This document shows, piece after piece, positions 14,639 through 28,340 of a DNA stretch of 64,000 nucleotides. Both the position numbers and the translations under genes were made by a program. This DNA is from the human T2T-CHM13v2.0 reference genome, Homo sapiens. The notes beneath the pieces were generated by a model that did no database searches, was not told the DNA's origin, and saw only the letters and a list, made by a program, of their open reading frames with translations. The stretch lies in the NCBI RefSeq assembly GCF_009914755.1, contig NC_060929.1, one strand, 5' to 3'. Each line of letters begins with the position of its first letter. The stretch's first letter is position 1.

Positions 14639-17235
14639 CAGGCATACTATGGAGATAATGCAGGTTCAGTTCCAGGCAACTGCAGTGAAGCGACTACTAC
14701 AACAAAGTGAGTCATAAGAATTGTTTGGTTTTCTAGTGCATCTAAAAGTTATTTTTTAGCTTGGCCAACATAGTGAGACCCTTTCTACGAAATAAAAATA
14801 AAAATAAATAATTAGCCAAGCATGGTGGTACATGCCTCTGGTCCCAGCTACTCTGGAGGCTGAGGTGGGAGGATTGCTTGAGGCTGGGAGGTCGAGGCTG
14901 TAGTGAGCCCTGATTACACCATTGCATGCTAGTCTGAGCAATACAGCAAGACCCTATCTCAAAAAAAAAAAGTTATCTTCACAGCATACTGTAGTATGTT
15001 AAGTGTGCAATAGCAGTATGTCTAAAAAATAATGTATATACTTTAATTTTAAAATACTGTCTTGCTATAAAATACAAACAATCATCTGAACCTTCAGCAA
15101 GTCATAATATTCTTGCTGATGAGAATATTTCCTCCATGTTGATGGCTGTTGGCTTCTCAGGCTGGTGGTTGTCGAAGGTTGGGGGAGCTGTGGCAATTTC
15201 TTAAAATCACAATAAAGTTTGCCACGTTCATTGACTCTTCCTTTCACAAAAGATTTTTCCATAACATGTGATGCTGTTTGATAGCATTTGACCCACAATA
15301 GAACTTTTTTCAAAATTTGAGTTAAAAAACAGTTTGACTAAAACCTCTCCAACCCTGCCACTGCTTTATCAACTAAGTTGATGTTCTATTACATGTCATT
15401 TGTTGTCATTTCAACAATGTTCACAGCATCTTTACCACAGGTAGATCCCCTCTCAAGAAACCACTTTCTTTGCTCATCCATAAGAAACAACTCCTCATCC
15501 ATTCAAGTTTTATCCTAAGATAGCAGCAATTCAGTCACATCTTTATAAAGTCACATCTTTATAAAGTTCTTTAGAAAGAACTAATTCTAGTTCTCCTGCT
15601 CTTTCTGCCATATCTCAGTGACTTCCTCCACTGAACTCTTGAACCCCTCAAAGTCACACCCTTGAGGGTTGGAATCAACTTCCTCCAAAGTCCTGTTAAT
15701 GTTAATATGTTGATCTTCTCCTATGAATCATGAATGTTGTTAATGGCATCTAGAAATCTGAATTCTTCCCAGAAGACTTTCAATTGATGTTGTCCAGATC
15801 CATCAGAGGAATCACTGACTCTGACAGCTACAGCCTTATAAAATGTATTTTGTAAATAATAAGACTTGAAAGTTGAAATTTCTCCTTGATCCATGGATTG
15901 TAAAATGGATGCTGTGTTTGTTAGCAGGCATGAAAATGCTAATCTCTTTATAATCTGCATCAGAGCCCTTGAGTGACCAGATGCATTGTCAATGAGCAGT
16001 AACATTTTAAAAGGAATCTTTTTTTCTGAGCAGTAGGTCTCAACAGAAGGGTTAAAATATTCAGTAAACTATGCTGTACACAGAAAGTCTGTCATCCAGG
16101 CTTTGTTGTTCCATTTGCAGAGTGCAGGAAGAGTAGATTTAGCGTAATTCTTGAGGGCCTTAGGATTTTCAGAATGGTAAATGAGCACTGGCCTAGTCAC
16201 CAGCTGCACTAACCCCCTGACAAGAGAATCAGCCTGTCCTTTGAAGCTTTGGAGCCAGGCATTGACTTCTCTCTAGCTATGAAAGTCCTAGATAGTATCT
16301 TATTTCAATATAAGCCTGTTTTATCTACATTGAAAATCTGCTGTTTGATGCAGCCACCATCATCAATGATCTCAGCAAGATCTTCTGGAAAACTTGGCAT
16401 AGTTTCTATATCAGCATTTTCTGCTTCACCTTATACTTCTATGTTATGAAGACAACTTATTTCCTTAAGTCTCATGAACCAACCTCTGCTAGCCTTCATA
16501 GAATTGGAGAGTTAGGGCCTTGCTCTGGATTAGGCTTTGGCTTAAAGAAACATTGAGACTGATTTTATCTTCTATCCAGTCTGCTCAATATCAGCAATAA
16601 GGCTGTTTTGCTTTCCTATCATTCATGTGTTCACTGAACAGCACTTTTAATTTCCTTCAAGAACTTTTCCTTTGCTTTCACAACTTGGCTGTTTGGTACA
16701 GTAGGCCTAGGTTTTAGCTATCTTGACTTTTGATATGCCTTCCTCACTAAGCTTTCTCATTTCTACCTTTTGATTTAAAGTAAGAGTTATACAACTATTC
16801 TTTTACTTGAACATCTAGAGGCCATTGTATGGTTAATTTTAATGGCCTAATTTTAATATTGTTTTGTCTCAGAAAATAGGCCTGAAAAGTAAGTGAGAGA
16901 GAAGAGAAGAGCTGGTTGATGAAGCAGTCAAAACACATACATTTATCCATTAAGATTGCCATTTTATATGGGCACAGTTTGTGGTACCCCAAAACAATTA
17001 CAATAGTAACATGAAAGATCACTGCTCACAGATCACCATAACAAATATGAAAATAATGAAAAAGTTAAAAATATTAAGAGGATTATGAAAATGTGACACA
17101 GAGACCCAAACTTAGCACATGCTGTTGCAAAAATGATGCCAATCATCTTGCTTGATGCAGGGTTGCAAACTTCAATTTATTTAAAAAAAAAACAAACACG
17201 ATATCTGTGAAATGCAATAAAACAAACTGTGCCTC
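14639..17235 (-). mobile_element. Near full-length Tigger1 (TcMar-pogo) DNA transposon, transposase disrupted
   Basis: TA|caggcatac left end and gtgcctc|TA right end; ORF 15721-16005 LLLIDNASGH…SILQSMDQG is the pogo/CENP-B DDE motif; ~2.4 kb after removing the Alu. Confidence 0.9.
14758..14971 (+). mobile_element. 5'-truncated AluJ inserted in Tigger1
   Basis: Alu end of left arm plus right arm and poly(A); TSD aaaagttat(t/c)tt at ~14744 and ~14968. Confidence 0.85.
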
Positions 17236-18785
17236 TATATGCTTTCAAACAAATGCTTGTGTTTATATCAGACCAACTCATCTCTTTCTCCCATGGTAAC
17301 TTGTGCCTCCAACCATTGCAGGCACTTCATTTGCTTGGCAAAGTCAGTTACTCTTCCTTCACTTGCTCTTCATTTTTAAATCTGTTGACTTCTTTCATCT
17401 GCTACTGTTTTTCTTTTATTATTAAAAAAATTTACTGTCACTTTTTATGAGGTTTTAGAAAGGGGGTTCAGTAAATGTACATTTTAAATTTCCCATGATT
17501 AACTGAAAATTATATGATGGAATTTTTGTTCAGCTATGGAAGTTTAATGACCTTAAATCATTGCTTCTCAAAACAGTGGATAGGCAGACTGAAAGTTCTT
17601 TCCCATTGAGAAAAATAACAAGCTTCATGGGGACTCAAGAAATTTGCTGAAAGTGTTTCTATCTTTCCCTAGTCCGTTAAATTAAGAAGACTCATTAACA
17701 AAAATATATATGATTTTCAATATGCATCACCTCTTCCTATCTACTAAGCCATCTGAGAGGGCCATATTAGGGGATGCAACATAAGTAGATGAGATATTAT
17801 TTAGAATATGCCCTTTATTACAAGCCTTTTAGTTTTTCACTGATTAAGTATATAGCTCTGATTATTTCTGTCAGATTACTTTTTAATTGTATAGATTACT
17901 AATAATTATTTTATTAAAATATTTTCTTTAATATGATCACTTTTCTAAGAAGATTTAAGGTATCTTATACTGGCTTAACTCAAAGTGATTTACTTTTTGT
18001 CAAGATACATCTTCATTCATTGAATAAATATTCAAATTCTGGGCTTCAAAAGGATTCTTGTGGCGTACAGTTGTTCAGCTTACATCAAAAATATAGTTCT
18101 ATTGAAAGTCATTGAATTGAGTGACTTGAGTGTAAGCATTAGCAAGGTTTTCTTTCTGGCTGTTTCATCAGGATGCAGTGTTACTCAAAATCTAACTTTC
18201 TGTAGAAATCTTACCAAGATTATCTTATGATACAGAAAATTGAATGATAATACCTGCCATAAAATTTGCCTAAGCAAAACTATCTATTTAAGTCTTATGG
18301 AGCATACTCCCTAAGCGTCTATTGTGCCTAACCATTTAAACAAATTAAAAGTTCTATTTAGAAAAAGTTGGCCTTACTTTCTTGCCCACCTGTATTTCAC
18401 ATGTAGAAGATGATTGGCCTATCTTCAAAGTTAAAATGCAAATCAGTCTTTTAAACTTTTAGAACAAATTGATGACTTTGCTAATTTCCTTTCATGCATG
18501 AAACTTATCAGTGTCATTGTGATTATTGCTGAAGAAACTCTTCATTCTTTACAGAGCTCAATTTTGAATTCACTGTTACCTGGATACTGTCAAAATATCA
18601 TCAATACTAATACTTTTTGAGAAAAATACTTTGATACTTTAGGTAACCATATCCTTGCATCAATTTATTTCATCAACAACTTACTATAGCTACATATAGG
18701 AATGCTTTCATTGAGTTACTATTTAATGTTAAGCCTCAATTTCCACTATACTTTGTTTGAAAAAATAGATATATAAATACTATTT

Positions 18786-19098
18786 GGCCAGGTGAAATGG
18801 CTTACACCTGTAATCCAAACACTTTGGGAAGCCAAGGCAAGAGGATTGCTTGAACCTAGGAGTTCAACAAGCCTGGACAACATAGTAAGAACCTGGGTCT
18901 ATAAAAAAAATAATAATAATAAAATTAGCCAGGCATGATGGTATACACCTATAGTCCCATGTACTTGGGAGGCTGAGGCAGGAGGATCCTACCTCAACCT
19001 CTTGAGTCAAAGATGTTGGGGTGTGGTGAGCCGTGATTACAACACTGCACTCCAGCCTGAGTGATAAAGCCAGATCCTGTTTCAAAAAGTAAAAGACA
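18786..19098 (+). mobile_element. AluJ
   Basis: Dimeric Alu with ggattgcttgaacctaggagttc (J-type) and heavy CpG decay. Confidence 0.85.
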
Positions 19099-19272
19099 AA
19101 TACACCTTCTATAAAATTAGGCTTGTAGATAATATCCCTTAAATGACAGCACTCCACAAAGATTTGAGTGGCAAATTTTACTTGAACTTCAAAGCTAATT
19201 TAAGGAATTTAATGTTTGCCTCTACGGGCAGTATTATACATGTTTTGTTGTTACTATTGTTGTTTTGTTTTT

Positions 19273-19430
19273 CTTTTTTTCTCAAGAGAAGTGTCTTGCT
19301 ATGTTGTTCAGGGTAGACTACAATGGCTATTGACAGGTACAACCATAGCACATTACAGCCTCAAATTCCTGGGCTCAAGAAATCCTCCTGCCTCGCCCTC
19401 TCAAGTAGCTGGAACTAAAGGCGTGTGCCA
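19273..19430 (-). mobile_element. FAM (fossil Alu monomer, 7SL-derived)
   Basis: Reverse complement has gaggctgtaatgtgctatggttgtacctgtcaatagccattgtag, the 7SL-derived segment retained in FAM but absent from dimeric Alu arms. Confidence 0.75.
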
Positions 19431-20054
19431 GATTGTTTCATGTTTTTAATAAGACTCCCAGATTGTTTCATGTTTTTAATAAGAATAACTACATAATATA
19501 TTTATGCTTCCTTTGTGCCATAGCTTAAAAGCTCAGAACCAAATTTTATACTCAAAATATCCTCATCCACTGCTTTGCCATAGTTATCACTTCCTTTCTT
19601 CTAACTGATATCATGTAGCTCCTTTACTAGTCTTTATAGTATTGTATATGTGTTTTTATTGCAAGTTTGCCTAAATTCTTTTAAGAAATAGAGTATAAAC
19701 AGAGGAAATATTTTAAAAATCAGTTCTCATTGAGATCAACTTACATTGCATTAGTATTTCTATAATATTTTTGTAGTGAAATCAACATTGTTTCTCCAAA
19801 TCTTAACTACGGAGGCAATTCAAGTGATGTTAAGCTGACAGGGAAAAAGAAGGAAATATCTGCATAAACTGATTTTCAACTTTCATTTCCAAAGAAAGAA
19901 AAGTTTGAATTATGTAACTGTGTGCTTTTGTAACTAAGCATTTTTATGTTGATATCAAGGAATCTGAGGTCAATCATGATACTTTCTAACTCTTTTGTAG
20001 CTTCTAGAAATCTAGCACAATTTTATAAATATAAAAAATGATCAATAGCTTTTT

Positions 20055-20400
20055 CTTTCATTTAACCAATTTATTGTGCTCCTACTTTATGCCAAGCTTT
20101 TTTCTTGGCTGTGAACAAGTTCTTGACCAGTGAACAAGACAGATGAGGATTTCAGCTCCCACAGAGCTTATATTCTAGTGGGCAGGAGGGGGGAGATAAT
20201 AGATAGTAAATTAAATAAATAGATTTCATTAATTTTAAATAACTTACAAAAATTTAAAAATACCTTTACATATACTGATGGAAAGTGATAAGCTGTGAGC
20301 AAAATGGACCCGAAAGCAGAACAGGAGTATTGGGCAGGGGAATGGGGTAGAGAAAGGAGTATTTGAAATAGAGTGACTTGGGTAGTCCTCATTATGAATG
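20055..20400 (-). mobile_element. L2 3' fragment
   Basis: catttaaccaatttattgtgctcctactttatgccaagc…agtgaacaagacag…gagcttatattctagtggg is an antisense L2 tail. Confidence 0.65.
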
Positions 20401-20439
20401 ATATTAGTATTATGATATGTATAATCACTGTTTAAAGCA

Positions 20440-21330
20440 ATTTGTCTTATAATTTTATAATCTCTGTCATTTATTTGTTGGTCGATACTGATTTTTTTTC
20501 CCTCCTGGTTGAGTGCTATTTTTCCACTTCTTTGTAACCCTGGGAATTTTTAACTGGATGCTAGATGTGAATTTTACATTTTTGAGTGTGGAATTCTATT
20601 GTATTCCTTTAGGGAGTGTTGGATTTTGATCCAGCACACATTGAGTTATTTGGAGTCATTTTGATCCTTTGAAAGCTTTCTTTTTAGCTTTGAGACTCAA
20701 GATTCAGAGCAGCCTTTACTCTAGGGATATTTTTGCACCACTAAGACAAGTAATAGTCTTCTGAAAACTCTACTAAATGTCCCTTGTATTTTGAGATTCT
20801 TTCCCCTCCAGCAGTTGGAAACACAGACTATCCTCTGCCTTGTGTGATTTTGGGGGATGTTTGATCTCTTGCTTTCTGGTGGTTCTTTCCTCTGCCGCGA
20901 GGAGTTCCACCCTGCCTATGTGTAGTGTCAATCTCCACCCAAGACTGGAAAGAACCTTCTCTACAGAGCTCCAGAGCTTCCTCTCTTCACAGCTCTCTCC
21001 TCTCCATATTCAGCTACATACATTCTAGACCCCTATACCTCCTTCTTCTTTAAAATTCTGACTGTTCAACTCAGCAAGTCCTCCAGGCTCTGTTGGGGTT
21101 CCCTCTTCCTGCCTTATGCCCCAAAAGCTGCCATCACTCAGTGACTTGGGAAGTCATAGGGCTCGACTTTCCCTTCTTTTAGGAATCACCCACCTATGTT
21201 GTCTAAGAATGTTTCAAAACCATTATTTTATATATTTTTTCTGTGTTTATATTTGCTTAGAGCACAAGGGCAATTCTCCTACAAGTTAATCCTTTATGAG
21301 GACAGGAGTCCTTCATAATTTTTAAGGTAG
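20440..21330 (-). mobile_element. Very old L1 5'-region fragment
   Basis: Pyrimidine-rich degraded sequence (tttccacttctttgtaaccctgggaatttttaactggatgctagatgtgaattttacattttt…) resembling antisense L1M 5' regions. Confidence 0.4.
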
Positions 21331-21948
21331 TAAAGAGTTTGAAGTTATCACTCTTGTAAGATTTTTAAAATATTTCTTAAGCTACTGAAGATTGAAATTA
21401 TCATGTTTTTTCCCATTTTGTGACTTTTTCTTGATTTCTTTATGAGTTCTCAACAAGGACGGAGCACATAGTCTGTGGAATACTAGAGTTGGAAAGAATT
21501 TTATTTTTATTTTCACTGAAAATTGAGTAAAAAATGTGAATATAAATGCTATTATGTGATATTTCATGTACTAAGTATTTCTTATGTTCAAACATTATCA
21601 AAATAAGCTCAAATGGAAAGCATTATGTCCCAAGCAAAAGAAAGAAAAAAAAACATTTTTTCTAACTGTAAAAAAGTACCATATTAAAGAAATGAAATTT
21701 TATATAGCAGACTTTTGTCTCACTAAATTCAAGGACACTCACCTCCTACTACAAGAAGTACAGGCTTTTTCTACCTGTAGATAAGATAATCAGGCATCAG
21801 AAATTTATTCTGTGTGTTTTAACTCAGTAATTATGTCCATATTTTAGCAGCCTATAAAGTTTATTTTTTAGAGATAGATCCAAATCATATAAGTAAGGGC
21901 ATATTGTTGTTTTATTAAAAGCTTGCATTGAAAAATCCTTTTTAGGCC

Positions 21949-21974
21949 TTTTTTTTTTTTTTTTTTTTTTTTTT
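21949..21974. repeat. Poly(T) tract (26 nt)
   Basis: Direct count. Confidence 0.9.
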
Positions 21975-22533
21975 AAGGTTTTAGTGCTTTTGTTTAAGGA
22001 GCGCCCCAGGTAAAAAGCCATTCTTTTCAACCCCTTCTGACCTTTAGAATAGTGAAGAGAATATGACACTATATAAGGCAGAACACCAATTTTATCACAA
22101 TGCTACTCTTATAGAACTGTGTGGAATACTAGAAATTGATTCTGCAGTCTGTTTTTCTAAGCAAGTCTTTTCAATGACATCATTCCATTCAGACAGTGAC
22201 CATAGACCTCATTTTAAATGTGCAGAGTTTCATGACAAATTTGTTTTAGTGTATTACTCTAACCAATGAGTAATAAAATATCATGGGTATATGTTGACTT
22301 TTGTAATGGTTACTCATCAGGATAATTCTGTTCCCATACGCATTAAATATTTCCTTTTTATAATGATTATTAAAATCAACCTTTTAGGAAGTAAAAAAAA
22401 ATGAGACTTCGAGATTTATATACAAATAAAGAAAATGTGTGTGTGTGTATACTTATAATAGAAACCGCATTGTGTTCAAAAAGGTGTATAAGACATTCAA
22501 AAAGGTAGAGAAATTTAAAATAATTTAAAGTAA

Positions 22534-23299
<766 letters not shown>

Positions 23300-23741
23300 T
23301 ATGAAGTCATTTTTTAATATGAAGCAAAAATTCACATGAAGTTATAGTTTTTTTATATGGTTATACTTTTTTACAACTTGTGTTTTAGATACAGGCGGTG
23401 CATGTGCAGATTTGTTACATGGGAATAGTGTATAATGCTGAGGTTTGAAATACATATCCTGTCACCCTGGTAGTGAGCATAATGCCCAATAGGTAGTTTT
23501 TTAACTCACCCACCCCTCCATCCTCTCGTGGTCCACAGTGACTGTTGTTCTTATATTTATGTCCATGTGTACTCAATGCCTAGCTCTACCACTTATAAGT
23601 GAGAACACGTAGTATTTGGTTTTCAGTTCTACATTAATTTGCTTAGGAATATGGCCTCCAGCTCCAGCCATGTTGCTGCAGAGGACATAATTTCATTCTT
23701 TTTTATGGCTGCATAGTATTCCATGGCATATGAAGTCATTT
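23300..23741 (-). mobile_element. 5'-truncated L1PA15/16-like 3' end with TSD
   Basis: catgtgcagatttgttacatggg…ttttatggctgcatagtattccatgg; TSD TATGAAGTCATTT at 23300-23312 and 23729-23741. Confidence 0.8.
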
Positions 23742-23834
23742 AAATACACACATATACTTGCAACACCTTTATTGAAATTTTTACAATAAGAATAAAACAG
23801 GGACTATGATTAGTAGAAGAGGCAGAAGGAGTAA

Positions 23835-24045
23835 TAACATGTTTATTGAGTACTTATTCCATTGAGCATATAGCATCTCCCTTAGTTCTATGAGGAAGTC
23901 ACTGTATAGTGTACACTTTACCTCAGTTGAGGAAACTGAGGCATAGAGAAATGAAATCATTTGCTCAAAGTTCCACAGCTTTTAAGTGATAAAACTGGAA
24001 GTCAAATTAAGGTCTCTGAATCAAGAGCCAAAACTTGTAACCACT
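23835..24045 (-). mobile_element. MIR
   Basis: gtttattgagtactt…gaggaaactgaggcatagaga…tttgctcaaagt (MIR core). Confidence 0.7.
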
Positions 24046-24605
24046 GGCATTCTTAAACATTTTTTTGTGCCATGAATCTCACTGGCAGTTTGAGAAGCCT
24101 GTGGAACTCTTTTCAGAAAAATTATTTTTATGCATAAAAGAAAACATATACAATTCAAAAATAGCTATTGAAATCAGTTATCAAAATATTTTAAATAAAA
24201 AATGGTAATAATATTGGCTGAACCATACAAAACTTGTTTTCCTAGATAAAATTTATACAAATATTGGCAATTTCATATAGTTCATCCTAACAGTAACATA
24301 TGATTTTATTAATGATTAAGTAAGATCAAGTGATACATTTAATAACTGCTATAATTTCAAAGTAGTGATAAGCATAACATTTCAATATATTTGCTATAAT
24401 ATTAATATGATATGAAAACATCTGTGATTTCTGTTGGTGACAAAATTGCAAATACTGCTAATACTGCTGTGTTTCTTTCCATTTAAAGTAATGATAAATT
24501 TCAATTAGAGATTAATAAAATAAAAGCTGTACATTTTTCCCATCAGAGTTCACAGACTGTATGGCGAACCAGAGGAGAGTTCACAAACCTCAGGCTAAGA
24601 ACTGA
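24046..24605. mobile_element. hAT-Charlie non-autonomous element (Charlie4-like)
   Basis: ttcttaaacattttttgtgccatg…ggcagtttgagaagcctgtgga left end and ctcaggctaagaac right end; internal atatgaaaacatctgtgatttctgttggtgacaaa. Confidence 0.55.
24212..24292. mobile_element. MADE2-like mariner MITE nested in Charlie element
   Basis: ~80 bp with inverted ends tattggctgaaccatacaaaa … ggcaatttcatatagttcatcctaaca. Confidence 0.65.
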
Positions 24606-25997
24606 ACTAAAGTCTGGTGCCACTTTTAGGATGTTTCGTTAATTTTTTTCATTTGAGAGAAATGCTTGAAAATTAATTTATTAGGTCTTAAACTTATGTT
24701 TAATATTTTAATGATAAAATAAAACTTTTCTATCTCTTTGGATAGGCCCTATGGGCCATTTTACTGTATCACTCTGCATGTGCCCTATACCATGCTACAT
24801 GAAGACAGTCTTATGTTTAAATCTATGCATGTAACTTTTATTTATAAGATATAATGTAAATAAAAGTCCATAAAAGTTAATTTTCAAATCCTCAGAATCA
24901 GAATCATTCATATGTTGTATTTTCATTTGTAAGTTTCTCTAAGTTCTTCAGTAATATACATGCACACATAGCAACTCTTTGTCTAACATTAATATTCTTT
25001 AGTTTGTTAACAAAATGAGAGAAAGATAACAGATGAGCCTAGGAAAAGTATCATTAATAGTGTGAAGTTACATGACAATAAGGCATCAAATTCATGGTTG
25101 TTCATAAAAAGGAAAATATTTTTCTTAGGGATTCTCAACTCACTTCTCGATGGCCCTTTCTAATATTCTCTTGACCTCCTTTGAGATCCTGACCCTAACT
25201 TTAGAGAAACCACCCTGCAAAGTCACTACCAAGGTTGGCCAGGGAGAAATGAGTGTCTCTTTAAAACACAATAGTATTTCCTCTTATTAAATACATTAGG
25301 ATAAAGAACAAAATTAACATAATAACATTGATACATTTGCAAAAACAACCAACTATAAAAGAAAGTGATAAAACAAGCAGTTTGTACATTTTCTTTTTAC
25401 AACACTTGTTAAACTAATTTAAGTGTCCTGCCTCCAGCAGCAGCTTAGAGAGGATGCTCTTTAAGTGATTATTCTTAAATAGGTTATTATTTTAAATGAA
25501 CTCCTTAAGAGCCACATGTGTGGCATCTGGTTAATCCATTACATTTGCAATTACAAACCAGTGCTTTTTATGGCAAGAAAATTATTTTGTATGCTCCACA
25601 GCTGCACTTAGGACAGAAGCCTCCGCCCATGACATTTCTCTTGATAAACATTAAGGGAAGCACTATCCTGTACCCAAGGGTGACTACGCTTCTTAAATCA
25701 CTTCTAATGTGCTACAGAAAGTCTCTTCTAATACTATTTCTCTGAAAGAGCAAACTTTGTATTCTATATGGGCTTGTAGGACTGAAATTCTTTTTGCTCT
25801 TAGTTTTAGCCCATGTGTCTATTTTAATGACCACTGCAGAGCAGATGAGCAATCAGCTTGTGAACTCTATTATACAAGTAACTTATACAGCATTGAAAGG
25901 ATGTGAACATTGAGCTATGTTCACATTACACATCTGATGCTCAGATGTGGTCTACTAAACTGACAACTGTCAAACTTCAAGTTTTGTTTTGTTTTAA

Positions 25998-26235
25998 AGC
26001 AGGGTGCTTAAGATTTTGATTTGATTCCAATCTATGTTCTATTACTTATTAGCTATAAGACTGAACAAGTTATATAACCTCCCTAAGCTTTAGTTTCCTC
26101 ATGGGTAAAATGGGGATAATAATTCCCTATTTTATAGGGTTATGTGAGAAGTGAATGGGATGAGATGCTTTATGTAAAGTGCTTACTGAGAACCCAGCTC
26201 AGCGTAAACATTCAATAAATAACTATTATTGTTAT
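25998..26235 (+). mobile_element. MIR
   Basis: aacaagttatataacctccctaagctttagtttcctcatgggtaaaatggggataataat…atgtaaagtgctt. Confidence 0.75.
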
Positions 26236-26510
26236 TAAAATATGTATATAAGCCCAACTACCACTAACCTAAAAGAGGATTTGAATGAATCTGTTCAGGG
26301 TGCCAACCAAGTTCTCATGCGCCAGAGCTAGTGTGAAAGAATTTCCATAAGATGCCAAAAACAGAAAGAGCTTGGATTCCATGTTAAAGTCTTTAGAGAG
26401 TTTAATAAAATTTAAGCTGGGGAAATCAAGATTGGTTAGCAAGTCAAGGGAGGAAGTGCAGAACTGAAAGCTAAGGATAAATTCATAAGTTTAAAAGGTC
26501 AAGTTATGGG

Positions 26511-26801
26511 GGCCGGGTGCATGGCTCAGCACTTTGTAACCCCAGCACTTTGGGAGGCCAAGGCGGGCAGATCACGAGGTCAGGAGATCGAAACCATCCT
26601 GGCTAACACAGTGAAACCCTGTCTCTACTAAAAATACAAAAAATTAGCCGGGCGTGGTGGCGGGCGCCTGTAGTCCCAGCTACTCAGGAGGCTGAGGCAG
26701 GAGAATGGTGTGAACCCAGGAGGCGGAACTTGCAGTGAGCAGAGATCACGCCACTGCACTCCAGCCTGGGCGACAGAGCGAGACCCTGTCTCAAAAAAAA
26801 A
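26511..26801 (+). mobile_element. AluY
   Basis: gatcacgaggtcaggagatcg…ccatcctggctaacac (Y diagnostics); TSD ggtcaagttat on both sides. Confidence 0.9.
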
Positions 26802-27363
26802 TGGTCAAGTTATAACATTGATGGGATTCCAATATACATTGGAGTGAGTTTAATAGACATTTGGTGACTAGTAAGAAGATAAGCCATAACTTGCTTCCAT
26901 TGTCCATTAGAACCTGGCATGTGGCTGGCTCAAAGATATCAGGTGATCGTGCACAAAGTGATGTAGTATTCCTAATCATCTATTTACTCACTTTTAAGTG
27001 CCTATGGACTGCCAGGCATTGAATTTCATTCTAGAGCTAACTAGGTACAAAGACATGGATTTTTCCATGAAGGATCTTAGAAGAGGGTTGACATCTGAGC
27101 TATAAAGAAAGAGCAATTCTCAACTTTCTCATTTAGGTAACAGAATACATAGTGATGAGCAAGTCACATAGGTAAGTAACACATGCAGAGGTGCAGGTTT
27201 GAAGGGAGAGAAAATAGAACCTGTTGGGATATGCTGAGTCTGAGCTCCCTGCTAGTCATCTAAGACTTGAAAACACACAGCTAAATACATAGTTGGAACT
27301 TAGGCAAGAGGCCTGAGTTAGTTGCCCTCCAGTGTAGGTATGGGACTTATAGACATGGAATGG

Positions 27364-27763
27364 TATATTAGTCCGCTCACACTCCCACAAGAACATACCA
27401 CAGACTGGGTTGCTCAGACAGTAGAAATCTATTTTCTCACAGTTCTGGAGGCCAAATGATTCAAGATCAAAGTGCTGGCAAATTCACTTTAGGATGAGGG
27501 CTCTCGTTCTGGTTTGTAGACTGCCACATTCTCACTATTTCTATGTATGACCCTTCCTCGGTGCATTCAGGCAGGCAGAGAAAGAAAGCAAACTCTCTGA
27601 TGTTCCTTCCAATAGAAACCATTAATCCTATTGCATCAGGACTCGTATACTTTGTTTAACCTTAATTGCTTCCTTAGAGGCCCCGTTTCCTAATACAGCC
27701 ACACTGGGCATTAGAATTTCAACATATGAATTTTAGGAGACACAAAAACATTATTCCATAACA
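27364..27763 (-). mobile_element. MLT1A-like MaLR solo LTR
   Basis: tatattagtcc…ttttctcacagttctggaggc…tttcaacatatgaatttt…ttccataaca; near 5-bp TSD aatgg/gatgg. Confidence 0.8.
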
Positions 27764-27929
27764 GATGGAATAAGAATGCTAAGGATGTGGTAGTGAATGG
27801 GAACTAAAGCTATTCAAGGACAAAAGCATAGAAATCTTGCATTGAAGAGTACATGGTAAAAGAGAAACTAGTTAAGGGACTGTGAAAGAGTGGTCAGAGG
27901 GAAAGGAGAAAGCTGGAAAAGAGAATGTT

Positions 27930-28335
<406 letters not shown>

Positions 28336-28340
28336 TTAGA

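Noticed and set aside
21476-22132. Shared 13-mer gtggaatactaga about 645 bp apart
   Set aside because: No extended similarity; compatible with chance.
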